Shown here: positions 24,186 through 39,483 of the stretch, piece by piece
Numbering within the stretch: the stretch's first letter is position 1
Layout: the number at the start of each line of letters is the position of its first letter
Assembly: GCF_000315625.1 (NCBI RefSeq)
Contig: NW_005434591.1
Coordinates: 121,895-185,894 of the forward strand
DNA length: 64,000 nucleotides
Direction: 5' to 3'
From: Guillardia theta CCMP2712
Taxonomy: Eukaryota; Protista; Cryptophyta
Made by a program: the position numbers and the translations under genes
Notes under the pieces: generated by a model
Database searches by the model: none
The model's input: only the letters and a program-made list of their open reading frames with translations
Told to the model about the DNA's origin: nothing

Positions 24186-24581
24186 ATGCAGGCAGGGGAG
24201 GAGAATCCTGCAAGCTTCCGAAAGAACCGGATCAGGTTAGACCCAGCCAGGCTCGAGGCCCTCTTCTGCTACAAAGAAAGCGAGGCTGCTAAAATCCTCG
24301 GTATTTCCCTCACTGCCATGAAGCGCGCATGTAGAAGGGCGGGGATCACAAAATGGCCTTACTCGAGGTCTCGAGCAGGATGCAGACCAGGCCTGCCGTC
24401 AACCTCTACTCGTTCCTCGTCTCCTGCAACATCATTGGGAGAGATGGGATGCGAAGAATGGGGGTGGGGGCCGGGTGAGAGCCCGCTAGAAGTGGAATGG
24501 ATTGAATGGTACGTGAATCACAATGTGGAGGAGGACTCTGAGGCCTCTTGTCCGTTCAAGATAATTTCTTCAGGTTTATGA
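24186..24581 (+). CDS. RWP-RK domain transcription factor
   Basis: RIRLDPARLEALFCYKESEAAKILGISLTAMKRACRRAGITKWPYSR fits the RWP-RK consensus. The first ATG of the ORF is at 24186; the start may lie further upstream. Confidence 0.85.
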   Translation: MQAGEENPASFRKNRIRLDPARLEALFCYKESEAAKILGISLTAMKRACRRAGITKWPYSRSRAGCRPGLPSTSTRSSSPATSLGEMGCEEWGWGPGESPLEVEWIEWYVNHNVEEDSEASCPFKIISSGL

Positions 24582-24904
24582 ATGCTTTCTTGGGCATAGA
24601 GGTCGAAATAATATTGTATTTAATCTCATTGCGTGTTTGGTGGATAGCAAAACGCCCTTCAGCAGGTTTCTGCACATGCAACAAGCAGTATCCAATCCCC
24701 CACGAATGATTGTTGTATCCGGCGATGACGTGGGCTACCAAACCCTCCCCAGAAAGAATCAATTCTTTAAGCTGCAGCATCCCTGCCATGCTAGGGGCTA
24801 GAGTCTCAGGCTCAGGATGCAACAACCTTCCATCTCCTCGCTCTGTACTGAAGATATCGTTGCCATGGCTAATATCAGGTCCTGATATCAATATGTAATG
24901 GAAA

Positions 24905-25170
24905 GTCACGATCCATCTTCAGTCACTTTCACGATCCATCTTCAGTCCCCGTCTGTCACGATCCATCTTCAGTCACTGTCACGATCCATCTTCAGTCACT
25001 GTCACGATCCATCTTCAGTCACTGTCACGATCCACCATCTTCAGTCACTGTCACGATCCATCTTCAGTCCCCGTCTGTCACGATCCATCTTCAGTCCCCG
25101 TCTGTCACGATCCATCTTCAGTCACTGTCACGATCCATTTTCAGTCACACCGTCTGTCACGATCCATCTT
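24905..25170. repeat. Minisatellite, about 11 copies of 23-bp gtcacgatccatcttcagtcact with longer cccgtct variants
   Basis: Tandem copies read directly; no unique spacers, so not a CRISPR array. Confidence 0.92.
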
Positions 25171-27208
25171 CGGCTGCCTCCTCCTGAAGCCTTCCAGCCT
25201 GACAATTACACCAACACTTGCTGCAGTAGCACGATCTCGACGGCCCGGCCGGCACCGCCGTGACATGAATGGCAGTGACTCGAGCGGACTTGCAACTTCA
25301 CTTGACATTGGAGTTGCATTCGAGTTTGTCAGGTTCCAAAGAGAGGAGGGAGACAGCCAAAGTGGCCCACAAATCTATGTTCATCGAGAGAGAGAGAACG
25401 TTGATTGTTGGAACTTGCCAGTATCTGTGCGGCAGGCTGGAGTCCTGACGTTGGAAGAAGTGAAAGACATGTGATTGAACATAAGGAGCAGGAACCCAAC
25501 CTTGAAGACGTGAACGCTGGCACCGTCGTGGCACTGTGTTGGAGCACTGAACAGCCTGTGTGTCACAATGACGATTCAGATGATGGCGTTCGTCAGCAGT
25601 GACGGTAAGAAGCTTTCACTCAATCATGAGTGTTTGGGGCCCGGCCTGCCACGGTACTGGCACGGTACGGTATCACCCCGCGTGCCACGGTGACGGTGCC
25701 ACTGGTCAGCAAACGGCCATAGCCCGGGCCGGCGGGGGGGACCCGTCTGACCAGTGACGGTGAGGTCGGCCACCGGGCCGGGCCGTCCGGTGCCACCGTG
25801 ACAGGGGCTTCCGGCGGGAGCCGGCCCGGCTCGGAGTCCGGCCCCTCGGCGGCGGTCACGGTGCCCGGCCGCGGCTCAGCGGCTGCAAATCCCGGCATGG
25901 CGGCGCGCCGCCATGACCGTCTAGTCCGAGTCAGTACCAGCCTTCAAGGGTGACGGTGCAGTGCGGCCCGGCGGCCTGGATCATCGCGGCCGGGCCGGGC
26001 GCCGAGCCGCGGCCGCTCCGCCGTGACTCGCCGACTCGCCGAGTCGCGGCCGCCGCCGGGGAGTCGGATCGTGGCCAAAAATAGACCGTTACCATGAAAC
26101 GGTTTTGTCATTTGACAATTTGAGGGTAGGTGGAGTACCCCACCCATCTTATTGTGTTCTTTATCTTCCAGGTATTACCATTACCCCCAAATCTAGCCCA
26201 CTTTTCTGGATAATGTCCCATACCAGTACCCAACCTGTATGTGTTCCGCCCACCCCCATGGAATAGTACCCTTACATTCTCACCCACCCCTTAAAAAATA
26301 ATACCCCTTGAGAGAAAAGTCAACCCACCCCGTGGGTAGTCGCTTCATCCGCGGGCAAAGGACCCCACCCTATGAACTCAAAGATTTTGTACCCCTACCC
26401 CATTTCAATCGTTCAACTACCAGGGTATTCCAATGAAGTCCGAATTGAGGATTCAGTTGTACCGGTACTCATGCTACCCCACCTCACCATGACTTTAGCC
26501 CCCTCACCCACCCTATTTCCAATCACCCTACCCTTCATTTCATGCCCGACTGTTACCCTGCCTATTGATTCGCACCCCACCCCGCGATTCAATCACCCCA
26601 CCCCATCTTTCAGTGTAGGCTTGGTAGCAATCATAGATGATCGACCGGTCCATTTTTGTACACCCACCCCTCCTGGGATCCGAAGAATGCATTCGCTGCT
26701 CGGAGCCCATGGTGGAGGATCGGGGGAGAGAGAGCGCCGGCATGGGACTCTGTTAGCCTTGTCATGGGACAAGAGTCTTGCTCTCCATAATCTTCTCCAT
26801 GCTCTACTCCATCACTAGCTCTCCCTCAGTACCTAGAGTCCGAGGCAGTGTGTTGAGGCCGGACGATTGTGTTAGTAGCCTGTTCATGAGCGCTAGAAGC
26901 ATGAAGTAGCTCCATGCGGTACCTGATCCGATCATAGGGTCAGTCCGTAGATCAAGAGTGCAGGAGGGGAGACGACCTAGAGTGCTGTTGCCATGCGGTG
27001 TAGGGGGGCTACTACGATTTAGAGGTGGGGAGAACAATGCGCCTTTCCTTTCACAGATGAATGCCCAGGTTGAGAGAGCCGCTGTTTGATGTTTTCCTGC
27101 AGGTTATGGAAAAAATCAAGTTGTCTTGAAAGGGCAACTAGTCTTCCGAGCATATCTGCTTTGTGGGGCCTCGGGGATCGTGAATCCAAGTGTTACTGAT
27201 TCGTGCAG

Positions 27209-29817
27209 TTCCCTCTCAACATGTCCGCGTTTCCAGAGTTCCCGTTAACTTCAAGATATCTGGTTCTGCCATGTGCAGCATGCAAGCAGATGGACTATGT
27301 CTTGTACAAGCATCCCTTCTTCAACATTGGGATCTGCGAAGCTTGCCTGGAAGATCAGATCCAGGTAAGCTTCTACGGAATCAACTCGCTCTCGGAGACG
27401 GACAGGGCCAACTTTCACTGGGAGCTCGACGTGGATGGCACGGAGCTCTTCTGCAGATGCTGTGGAGAGGGGGGTGAGATCTTGCTTTGCGATGGGTTCT
27501 TTCCCATCCTTGCGGGGCAGAAGGGGATCCATGGGAATGGCAAGTGCATGCGAGCTCTTTGTGCATCCTGTATGGATGAATGGTCAACGTCAGAGACCCA
27601 GCGGGAGGAATTCTTGTGTCCTGACTGTGAAGTTCGATCTCGGTCAGAGTCAACGCTGATCACCAACATACAACGACGACAATATTCAGCATTCATCGGA
27701 GTGCACATGCTGTTCAGCAACGAGCGCGTGTGTGACATTGCTGCCACGTACAGGGTCGATCCCAACGCGCTGATCAAGAGAAATGAGAGCACGCACCCCA
27801 AGGTGAGCAAGAGTACAGTACTGAAGAGGGGATCGCTGGTGCTGCTCCCTCGGCCTCATGAGCACTCGAACGAGAGGGAGGATGCGGAGAGGAAGGAGAG
27901 GAGGAGAAAGTTTGAGAAGGAGCTCTTGAAGTTCTTGCGGAAGATTGCCCGCAGTGCTCAAGAGGAGATGATGATGAAGTGTAAGCCTTCCATGGTTCGG
28001 CTTCCCATCAAGAAGGCAAGGGTGACAAGGATTCTATGTGAGGACATCAGCAACGGGCGGGAGCACCCGTTCAAGATCCCCCTGGTCCTTGACTCGGACG
28101 TGGAGTACGAGGGGCACCCTCCGGAGATCCCTTCCTTCACCTACATCAAGAATAACATCTTCGGCCCGAGCCTCAGCAAGTTGCCAAACCTGATCGGGAA
28201 GATCGGGGGATGTATCGGCTGCGATGGCTCGAGGTGCAACAACAAGGGGATGACAAACCTGCGCAGTCTGTACGCGAACCGCCGGGACTTTTGGAATTGG
28301 ATGGTTTGTAGTGAGAGAGAGAATTTCAGCCGGAACCTTCCTGGGCCGTTGAATCTGGAGAGCCTGGAGGAGAGCATCGGCATCCAGCCCTTGTGCTCAT
28401 GGGGAGCGTACATGATCAGGTCCCACAACAAGTTCTTTCTCAAGAACACGGCAGACGTGATCTTTGAGTGCAACCTCCTCTGCAAGTGCGATGCTCAGAA
28501 ATGCCCAAACAGAATCCTTCAGAGGGGGATTACTTGTAGATTAGAAGTGTTTTGGACGGGACGGGAGCGAGGGTGGGGAGTTCGAGCAGCGGAGGACATA
28601 CCAAGGGGAGCGATGGTTTGTGAGTATGTGGGAGAGTACATCAACGAGGATGAAGCGGACAAGCGAGCAAACGATCTCTACCTCATGGAGCTGCCATGCC
28701 CGCGCGAGCGATGGTCGTGGAGGGTCTGGATGTACCCCGAGGATCAGATGGTGGAAGACGAGAGCATGCCGGAAAAGCGCAACATGCTGTACAAGGAGGT
28801 CTAGAGCCTGTCGCCTCTTGTATGCTGCTTGACTTGATTTGGTAGATGATTGAGAAGAGGTATCGCCGCGGTGCAATGGACGGACACGTGCAAGAACCAG
28901 CCGCTGCTCCTGCTCTTTCTCTTAATCCTATTCCTGCTCATGCTCATGCTCATGCTCATGCTCATGCTCCTGCTCCCGCTCCTGCTCCTGCTCCTCTAGC
29001 TACAACTTCAGCTGCGGCCTCAGCTACAACTTCAGCCGCATCACCACCTGCTTCGCCTCCAGCATCTCCTTTGGTTGACTATGACGGGGCCAGCGAGCAC
29101 GGGGAGGCGACAGAGCTCGTTGAGATCCTGGTACCCGAGGAGAACACCCCAGCTGGGGAGTCAGGCACCGAGGCGGACCACGGGCTCTCCGACGACGAGA
29201 CGTCGATCATCATCCTAGACCAGGAGTCGACATGTACAAAGAACCCGGAGGCAGACACTCATCGCAAGGCCCTCCACGAGGCCCCGGCGCCGGGCAGTGC
29301 TGACTCAGCAGGCCCGCCAGGTGAAGGAGGGCAGAGCGGGTGAGGGCGAGGGGGCACATGACATGCTTTGAAGCCGCAGAAGAAGCGAAGATGAACCCTG
29401 ACGACGTGGACACGATAATTGACGCCTGTCTCTACGGCAACGTGGCTAGGTGCTGGATCCCTGAGGGAGAGGAGACAGGCGTCTCGCTGACGTGACGTTT
29501 TCAGGTTCATCAACCACAGCTGCGATGGCGGGAACTTGACGAAGCAGGTTGCGCTCGCCACCTTCTCTCTCCCGCTGCTGCTGACCCGAGCAAGGTTGTG
29601 GCGGTGGATAGCACCCTCGACCTGCGCTGGTGCCGAGTCGCTCTCTTCGCTCATCATCCCATCCCCGCGGTCTCCTCCTCCCCCTCCCCTTGCTGAGCTA
29701 ACGGAGGCGCAGGGTACGGAGCTCACGTACGACTACGAGTGGAAGGTGAAGGACCCGGAGAAGCCTTCGCTGCTCTGCCACTGTCACTCCCCAGAGTGCC
29801 GGAGATTCATCCTTTAG
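27209..29817 (+). CDS. SUV39/SETDB1-like histone lysine methyltransferase: ADD domain, LysM-like domain, pre-SET, split SET, post-SET; 5' end uncertain
   Basis: ADD: CAAC..HPFFNIGICEAC..DGTELFCRCCGEGGEILLCD..CMRALCASC..FLCPDC. Pre-SET: EDISNGRE..IFECNLLCKC..CPNRILQRG. SET-N: LEVFWT..RGWGVRAAEDIPRGAMVCEYVGE. Spliced SET-C: IDACLYGNVARFINHSC..GTELTYDY. Post-SET: CHCHSPECRRFI. Introns begin at 28799, 29321, about 29450, 29548 and 29670. Confidence 0.9.
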
Positions 29818-29897
29818 ACCCTGTGCTAGTGCAAAATGTTTTATCTTTGCGAGCTTACGAAACCATGGCTTGCTCAGCTACTATCCTGCTGCTGCCT

Positions 29898-33606
<3,709 letters not shown>

Positions 33607-33990
33607 TTACAGCTCGTGAGGCGAAGGAGAATGAGCGAAGGAGAATGAGGGACTCAACGCGAAGAAGATGGTAAGGTGCCTTTGTGTGTGGTGCCGAGGA
33701 GAGGAGAAAGAAAAGGGAGGAAGGTGAGGTAGAGGAGTGACAAGGCCAGGAAGGAAGATCTGAAAGAGGTAGGTCTGTCATGTTTGTTGTTGGAATAGCT
33801 TGCAGGGAAGGTTGAAGAGACCAGGGAAGGAACAGACGATGGGGATGAAGGAGGAGGGGGAAATGACATTCATGTGTTGTGGAATTATGATTCACAGCGA
33901 ACCTGCAGCTGTGCTGTAAGGTGATACTGTAAGACCTTGCTTTCTTGTTGATAAACACTCTCGAAGACACAAACACACCATCACGGCCCG

Positions 33991-36100
33991 TTATCCACAG
34001 AACTTTCGATGCTCCTTCACAGATCTGCAAGCCTCTGTTTCATCTCCTTTCTCCACGCGGAATGCTCCGCATGGCAGCGGCCGATGGACTAACAGGCAGA
34101 GTTGTAAGCTGATTGGAAGCTTGTGAGGACGACGTTCCCTCACCTCATCAAGATTCGTTGGCAGCATCCGACATGCCATGTCATCCTGGGAAGTTCAAGT
34201 CATGGCGATCGTTGACGTGGTAGAGATGCAAGCTCGACATCGTAAGTGAAGGATCTGCTACATTTTACCCACCTCCTCCTCGTCCATCGCACTTTCACCT
34301 GCTACGTTGCGCCATGCTCAAACGCGCTTGTCTATCTCCTCCTCCTCCTCCTCCTCCTCCTCCTCCTCCTCCTCCTCCTCCTCCTCCTCCTCCTCCTCCT
34401 CCTCCTCCTCTCCATCCTCCTGCCATTGTTTGTTTTCTCGCTTGTCCGACATCGACATCAACAATCTCTCGAACTTCTCTTCACGCCATGCTCTCTGTAG
34501 CAAGTTCTATCAATCTCCCCGTCAGATCGCCACATCCCTCGTGCGGTTCTTCAGTCACCTTGTTCAACACAGCATGCTTCATCCATCGCCTAGAGCTCCT
34601 GCACATCACGAGAGTTTCTGCCTTCGATCCTGCCGACAACCAGCAATGCCAACCCGTCACTTTGGCTCTCGACAGCGCAAGCATCCTCCTCTGTGCCTCT
34701 CGAAGATCGCAGAAGATCCTCCTCATTGCTGCCACTTTCCTGGTCTGCAGGCAGCGAGACAGTCTTAACGACATCATCGTCCTCCTGCGCGCGTACTGCA
34801 ACCTGCGATCGCATCAACAGAGAGTACAGTGCTTGTCTTCACCCGCTCTCACCATCCTCGGAGAGTCTGCGACCTGAGCCTCGAGCTTCTCTCTGCTACG
34901 ACTGCGACACGTCATCACGTTCGAGTCCCTCAGGGTAAATCTTGGAGCACCTCTCTCCTCCTCCTCCTGTGCTCGCTGCTTCAGACTCCACAGCCTCTCG
35001 GAACGAGGCTCCCGGGGATGGTGTGGGGGTGCTGGACTTTGTCTGTGCTCGGAGCTTACCAGCAATCTCCCGCTCGGATCGTGCGACGATTCATCTGCTC
35101 CACTAGACGCTGAAGTGGCTGAAAAACTTGTAGGAGCGACTGCAGTCTTGGTGGACAGATCCAACCTCAACTCACAGTTGTCTTGCTTCACTGTACTGGT
35201 GTACATGTGAACATGAGACAGTCTGGCCGATCCTGATGTGCAAGAGGATGGAGCGGTCGGACGATGAGGGAACATCACGCTCTCCACTTTCTTCTTCGAT
35301 TCTGTTTTGCAAACTCTCCGGCATCTCAATCTTGTTCGAAGTTCTGGGAAAGGGAGATATCAAACCAAGTTTGCTTCTCAAGTGGTAGAACAAGGACGAT
35401 CAACCTTGCAGTGCTTGAGATGGCTGAATCGTCGTCGGAATGTGGTTGTTTGAAGGAGGAGAAGGAGGGGAATGAGAGAAACTAGAGGATCCGCGGTTTT
35501 TCCTCTGCGAGCGTCCTTCTCGTACAGGTATCATGTTCTGGACCTGGAACGAAGCACAACGGGACTGATTGCGCAAAACTTCGGTGTTTTGATCCAACTT
35601 GCTTCGGAGCTGCCGCCTGGAAACATGTTCCTCCAAACCACTACTTGTCTCCATCCACACCTTGAGCATCCTCTCAGCTTCCTCTGCGACTTGATCTTCT
35701 TCTCTCATCCCCAGGCATGCGCGAAGTCTCCTCATGACAGAGCCCGAGGTCAACTCCTCCTCTTCACTGCCTCCATCGCAGCCAGTAAAATGGCAGTCTG
35801 TTCCCAACAAGCCCCCTCCTCTCATCGCATCGTCGCTGCATGGGATCGCATGTCGGGACGTGTAACTTCGCTTCCAGTCTGGCAGGATGCAAGCGGTTTC
35901 CTCCTCCTCTACCGCGTGCTCAACCAGTCGCATCTCTACCTGGACTTCTGGGTCCCTTAAGAAACCTTTGGCGTACGCTGCGTTCCAGCGAGAGGCTCCT
36001 GCATCCTATTGAGTGCGAACCTTACGAGCGAGCTGTTACCATCAGTGAAGGGATCCTGAGCCCTGGGGTCCAGCGCTGCCAATGCCACGGCCATCCTGAT
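33991..36100 (-). CDS. Probable multi-exon hypothetical protein; structure unresolved
   Basis: Coding-like minus-strand segments (35400-35990 DAGASRWNAAYAKGFLRDPEVQVEMRLV..., 34481-34801, REEKFERLLMSMSDKRENKQW) with plausible splice sites. No recognisable domain. Confidence 0.35.
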
Positions 36101-37018
36101 CATTCCACGTCACCTTGTTCAAAGTAGACCGCATCCTCCTTTCAAAGTAGAACGCATCCTCCCATCTATGAATGCCCCATTGCTCCTTCCCTGCTTGCGC
36201 TTAACCATCCGCTCAACGCCTCATGCTCCACAAACTGATCCAATCTATGCTCTTCCTTTCCCGCACACTTTCAACTACGTCACATCCTCCGTCATGGCAT
36301 GCTGTCTCCTGCGTTCTTGGCCCACCGAAACATCTTCAACTACTTCGCTCCTCCTATGCTTTCTCGCTCTCTGCCCTCCCTCCCCTCCAACCTCCACATC
36401 TCCATGCATGTTTTTTCGAAAATACAAATGAAGCTCGCCAAACTTGGCTTCACCTCCGACGGGCGTCCCGCCGGGCCGCCGCCCGGGCGGGCCCGGCCCG
36501 GCCCTCTGAGTCAATGATGCGGCTCCTTACTACCGTACAGTACGGCAACGGTCATCACGTGCCCCTCCCGTGCCAGGAGTCGTCCAGGCCATCAAGCCTC
36601 CGGTTGATCTTGCAGTTGAACTTGGGCGAGTCAGCGTTACTAGTACTAGCTGGCAGTCACTCTCCTACTAGGCTAGCCTGAGAATGCTTCAAGTTACGTG
36701 GAAGTCAACTTGACAGTCACCGGTTGACCCTCATCCCCACTGCACACCCTGTACCCCACCTCTCCCCAGCCCCCGGTTTCCACCCTGTTTCCAACCCCAC
36801 CCTGGAAGTTGTCTTCCAACAATGGTGAGTATCTTTACTACGGCGACGAGGTCTGTACTAAAGTTGCCAGTAGTTGGTCAACATTTTTTATTGATCGAAC
36901 TGCTCCTCCCTTTCTCCTTAACCGGCCGAGTCCTGAGGTCCTCCCACGCTCACCTTCTCCACCTCCTCCTTTTCCTCCTCCATATAAGCTGTATATGTCC
37001 TCCTTCTCCGCTGTGCTC

Positions 37019-38657
37019 ATGCTTAGGCCTCCCTCCCTCCTCCTCCTCCTCGCTTGCATCGCCTCGGCTACTCACGCATACAGAGCTCCCTGTGCCGCTC
37101 GACTTGGAAGTCGTCAGGCACTGAGCCCCTCCTCCTGCCCCTCCAGACGTCGCCCCTCCCCTCATCTCACCTCCCCAGCGCTCGCTGATTACATCGCCGC
37201 AAGTAAGGGCTACTACAAGCGTCTTCAGATCCACGACCAGTCGACCAAGAACAAGCTCAAGGGCTTCGCCATCCTCGCCCACAGGCTCGAAGAGAAGCAC
37301 GGCGAGGAGATCAAGCAGGAGGTCGCCAACTTCCTCGTCGAGCAGATGCTCGTCAACCTCGACTCTCCCGTCTCCGCTACCCTCACCAAGCTCTCCCACT
37401 CTGTTGTATACACAACCGGGAGGGAGAACTCGCCATGCGCGGAGACGTCTGCGCGCTAGACGGTGCTGGGAGGGGCTTCAAGCGCTGGATTGCTGCCACA
37501 GAGGTTGAAAGGGCGGAAACCAGACGGTCTTGAAGTTCGTAGGATTGAGCAAGTAGACGATCATTGAATTCCTGAGATTGCTCAAATTGACGATCCAGCT
37601 TGCGTTCAAGTGCTTCTTGACGTTGCTGGGCATCTGCGTTCTGTTGCAGGAGTAAAGCAAAAAGTTGACGAAGAGATGGTTCCTTGTCGTTGGTGGCAGG
37701 AGAATTTCGACCTGAAGACATCGCAGGGATGGGCTCTGCGGCAGGGGCATTCCGACCCGAAGACATCGCAGGGATGGTGGGAACGGATTTTGCCCGGAGA
37801 AAAAGNNNNNNNNNNNNNNNNNNNNNNNNNNNNNNNNNNNNNNNNNNNNNNNNNNNNNNNNNNNNNNNNNNNNNNNNNNNNNNNNNNNNNNNNNNNNNNN
37901 NNNNNCGGAGACTCCTGTCCGAAGATAGACGGGGCTGGTACTGGCGTGAAAAAAAATGGGCGAGCACCAGAAGCTGGATGGGAATCCTGCTGTGGTCGAT
38001 CTTGCATAATTGAATCATCATCTTTCGTTGCGGAAAAAGGACGGGGGAATTGAAATTGTTGAGCTCCAACATTTGGATGGATCGAAGTTGAATCAGAGAC
38101 TTGTTCCGTAGATCTCGGAATCCTTCGTTCACTGGTCTGAGCCTTACGCGATTTTCTCACTTTCAATACTGATAGTTTGCTTGCTTTCTTTGCTGAAATC
38201 ATCCTTTGAGATTCTGAATCAGTGCTGGAATGTGAACCAATTCGCTACCATATGTTGTATACACAACCTTGCGTAAGACGTTGAGCTCAGATGATCTTAG
38301 GATCTCTGTTTATTAAGCACACACGCTCATCAGATCAGCAGCACCACTGCAGGAATCTGCATCGTCATCCTATTTCCCTACGCTACGTCCAAGGGGCGTC
38401 CGGTATGAGTCCAGAATACAACACACTCCCTTCACTCCGCCGCTACCTCCTCCATGCCCTACCTGAAGCATGCCTCGCACGTAGTGCAGCAGGCACAGCA
38501 GGCAGTGTCATGGGGGGCAGCGGGGAGCCACGCGATGCAAGCGAAGCATGCGATGCTGGAGGGGCTTGCGCTGTGCAACAATTTTATGTATTCTACTGTA
38601 AATAAAGTTGTCGTGACTTCTCAACTCTCATTTCAGTGCGTAGAATGTCAACCATGA
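37019..38657 (+). pseudogene. Copy 1 of an orphan gene family, interrupted by an LTR-element insertion
   Basis: Matches copies 2 and 3 up to ..TKLSHS at 37401 and resumes at 38424 (LHSAATSSMPYLKHASHVVQQ...). Confidence 0.85.
37402..38423 (-). mobile_element. Internally deleted LTR retrotransposon (171-bp 5' LTR, PBS, gag-like 5' part, 16-bp remnant of the 3' LTR)
   Basis: 5-bp TSD CACTC at 37397-37401 and 38424-38428. Termini TGTTGTAT...ATACAACA. tgttgtatacacaacc occurs at both 37402 and 38253. On the minus strand TGGTAGCG follows the LTR. A coiled-coil gag-like ORF starts at 38202 and crosses an N gap. Confidence 0.88.
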
Positions 38658-38940
38658 CTTGAATCTTTTCGAAACCAAAATAGCTCTGTTATCACAAACC
38701 TCTGACACCACCTCTACTCTTAGGAGCGTCACAAGTTCACTCGCAGGGCTACAGGGATAGCCTCAAGACACCTACACGCACGCAGTACACAACTAAAGGG
38801 AGCATTCAGAACGCCTCTAGATGAAACAATGCGCTTGTATTATTTACAAATCAAAATGAAACTTCAGTGCGCTTGGCGTATCTACAATAAAAATCAACCA
38901 ATTGTCCCCGGAATATCAAGAAGCTGCAATTCTGATCGAC

Positions 38941-39483
38941 TCATGTGCAGTTGCTCAGCATGCACAGCGCAAGCCCCTCCAGCATCGCATGCTTCGCTTG
39001 CATCGCGTGGCTCCCCGCTGCCCCCCATGACACTGCCTGCTGTGCCTGCTGCACTACGTGCGAGGCATGCTTCAGGTAGGGCATGGTGGTGGCGGCGGCG
39101 GAGTGAAGGGAGTGGGAGAGCTTGGTGAGGGTAGCGGAGACAGGAGAGTCGAGGTTGACGAGCATCTGCTCGACGAGGAAGTTGGCGACCTCCTGCTTGA
39201 TCTCCTCGCCGTGCTTCTCTTCGAGCCTGTGGGCGAGGATGGCGAAGCCCTTGAGCTTGTTCTTGGTCGACGGGTCGTGGATGTGAAGCTTGCGGACTCG
39301 TCGGGGCTCATAGGGGCATGAGATCCTTGGAGAGAGGAGGGGAGGGGAGGGGCGACGTCTGGAGGGGCAGGAGGAGGGGCTCAACGCAGGTCTTTTGCCT
39401 AGTCTTGCGATTCGGTATGCGTTGGTGGCGGATACCATGAGTGTCAAAGAGGCGAGGAGGAGGAGGGAGGGAGACTTGAGCAT
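38941..39483 (-). CDS. Orphan protein copy 2 (signal peptide + R/P/S-rich transit-like segment + helical domain), 180 aa
   Basis: Intronless ORF MLKSPSLLLLASLTLMVSATNA|YRIARLG...CMLSNCT, nearly identical to 40599-41141. Confidence 0.8.
   Translation of the reverse strand: MLKSPSLLLLASLTLMVSATNAYRIARLGKRPALSPSSCPSRRRPSPPLLSPRISCPYEPRRVRKLHIHDPSTKNKLKGFAILAHRLEEKHGEEIKQEVANFLVEQMLVNLDSPVSATLTKLSHSLHSAAATTMPYLKHASHVVQQAQQAVSWGAAGSHAMQAKHAMLEGLALCMLSNCT

Noticed and set aside
24905-25170. CRISPR-like array
   Set aside because: Units are directly adjacent with no unique spacers, there are no cas genes and the context is eukaryotic.
25265-25625. Coding-like fragment after the minisatellite
   Set aside because: Interrupted by stops and has no recognisable homology, so it cannot be called.
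36118-36163. 23-bp direct duplication near the 5' end of the unresolved minus-strand gene
   Set aside because: Real, but the gene model is too uncertain to interpret its effect.
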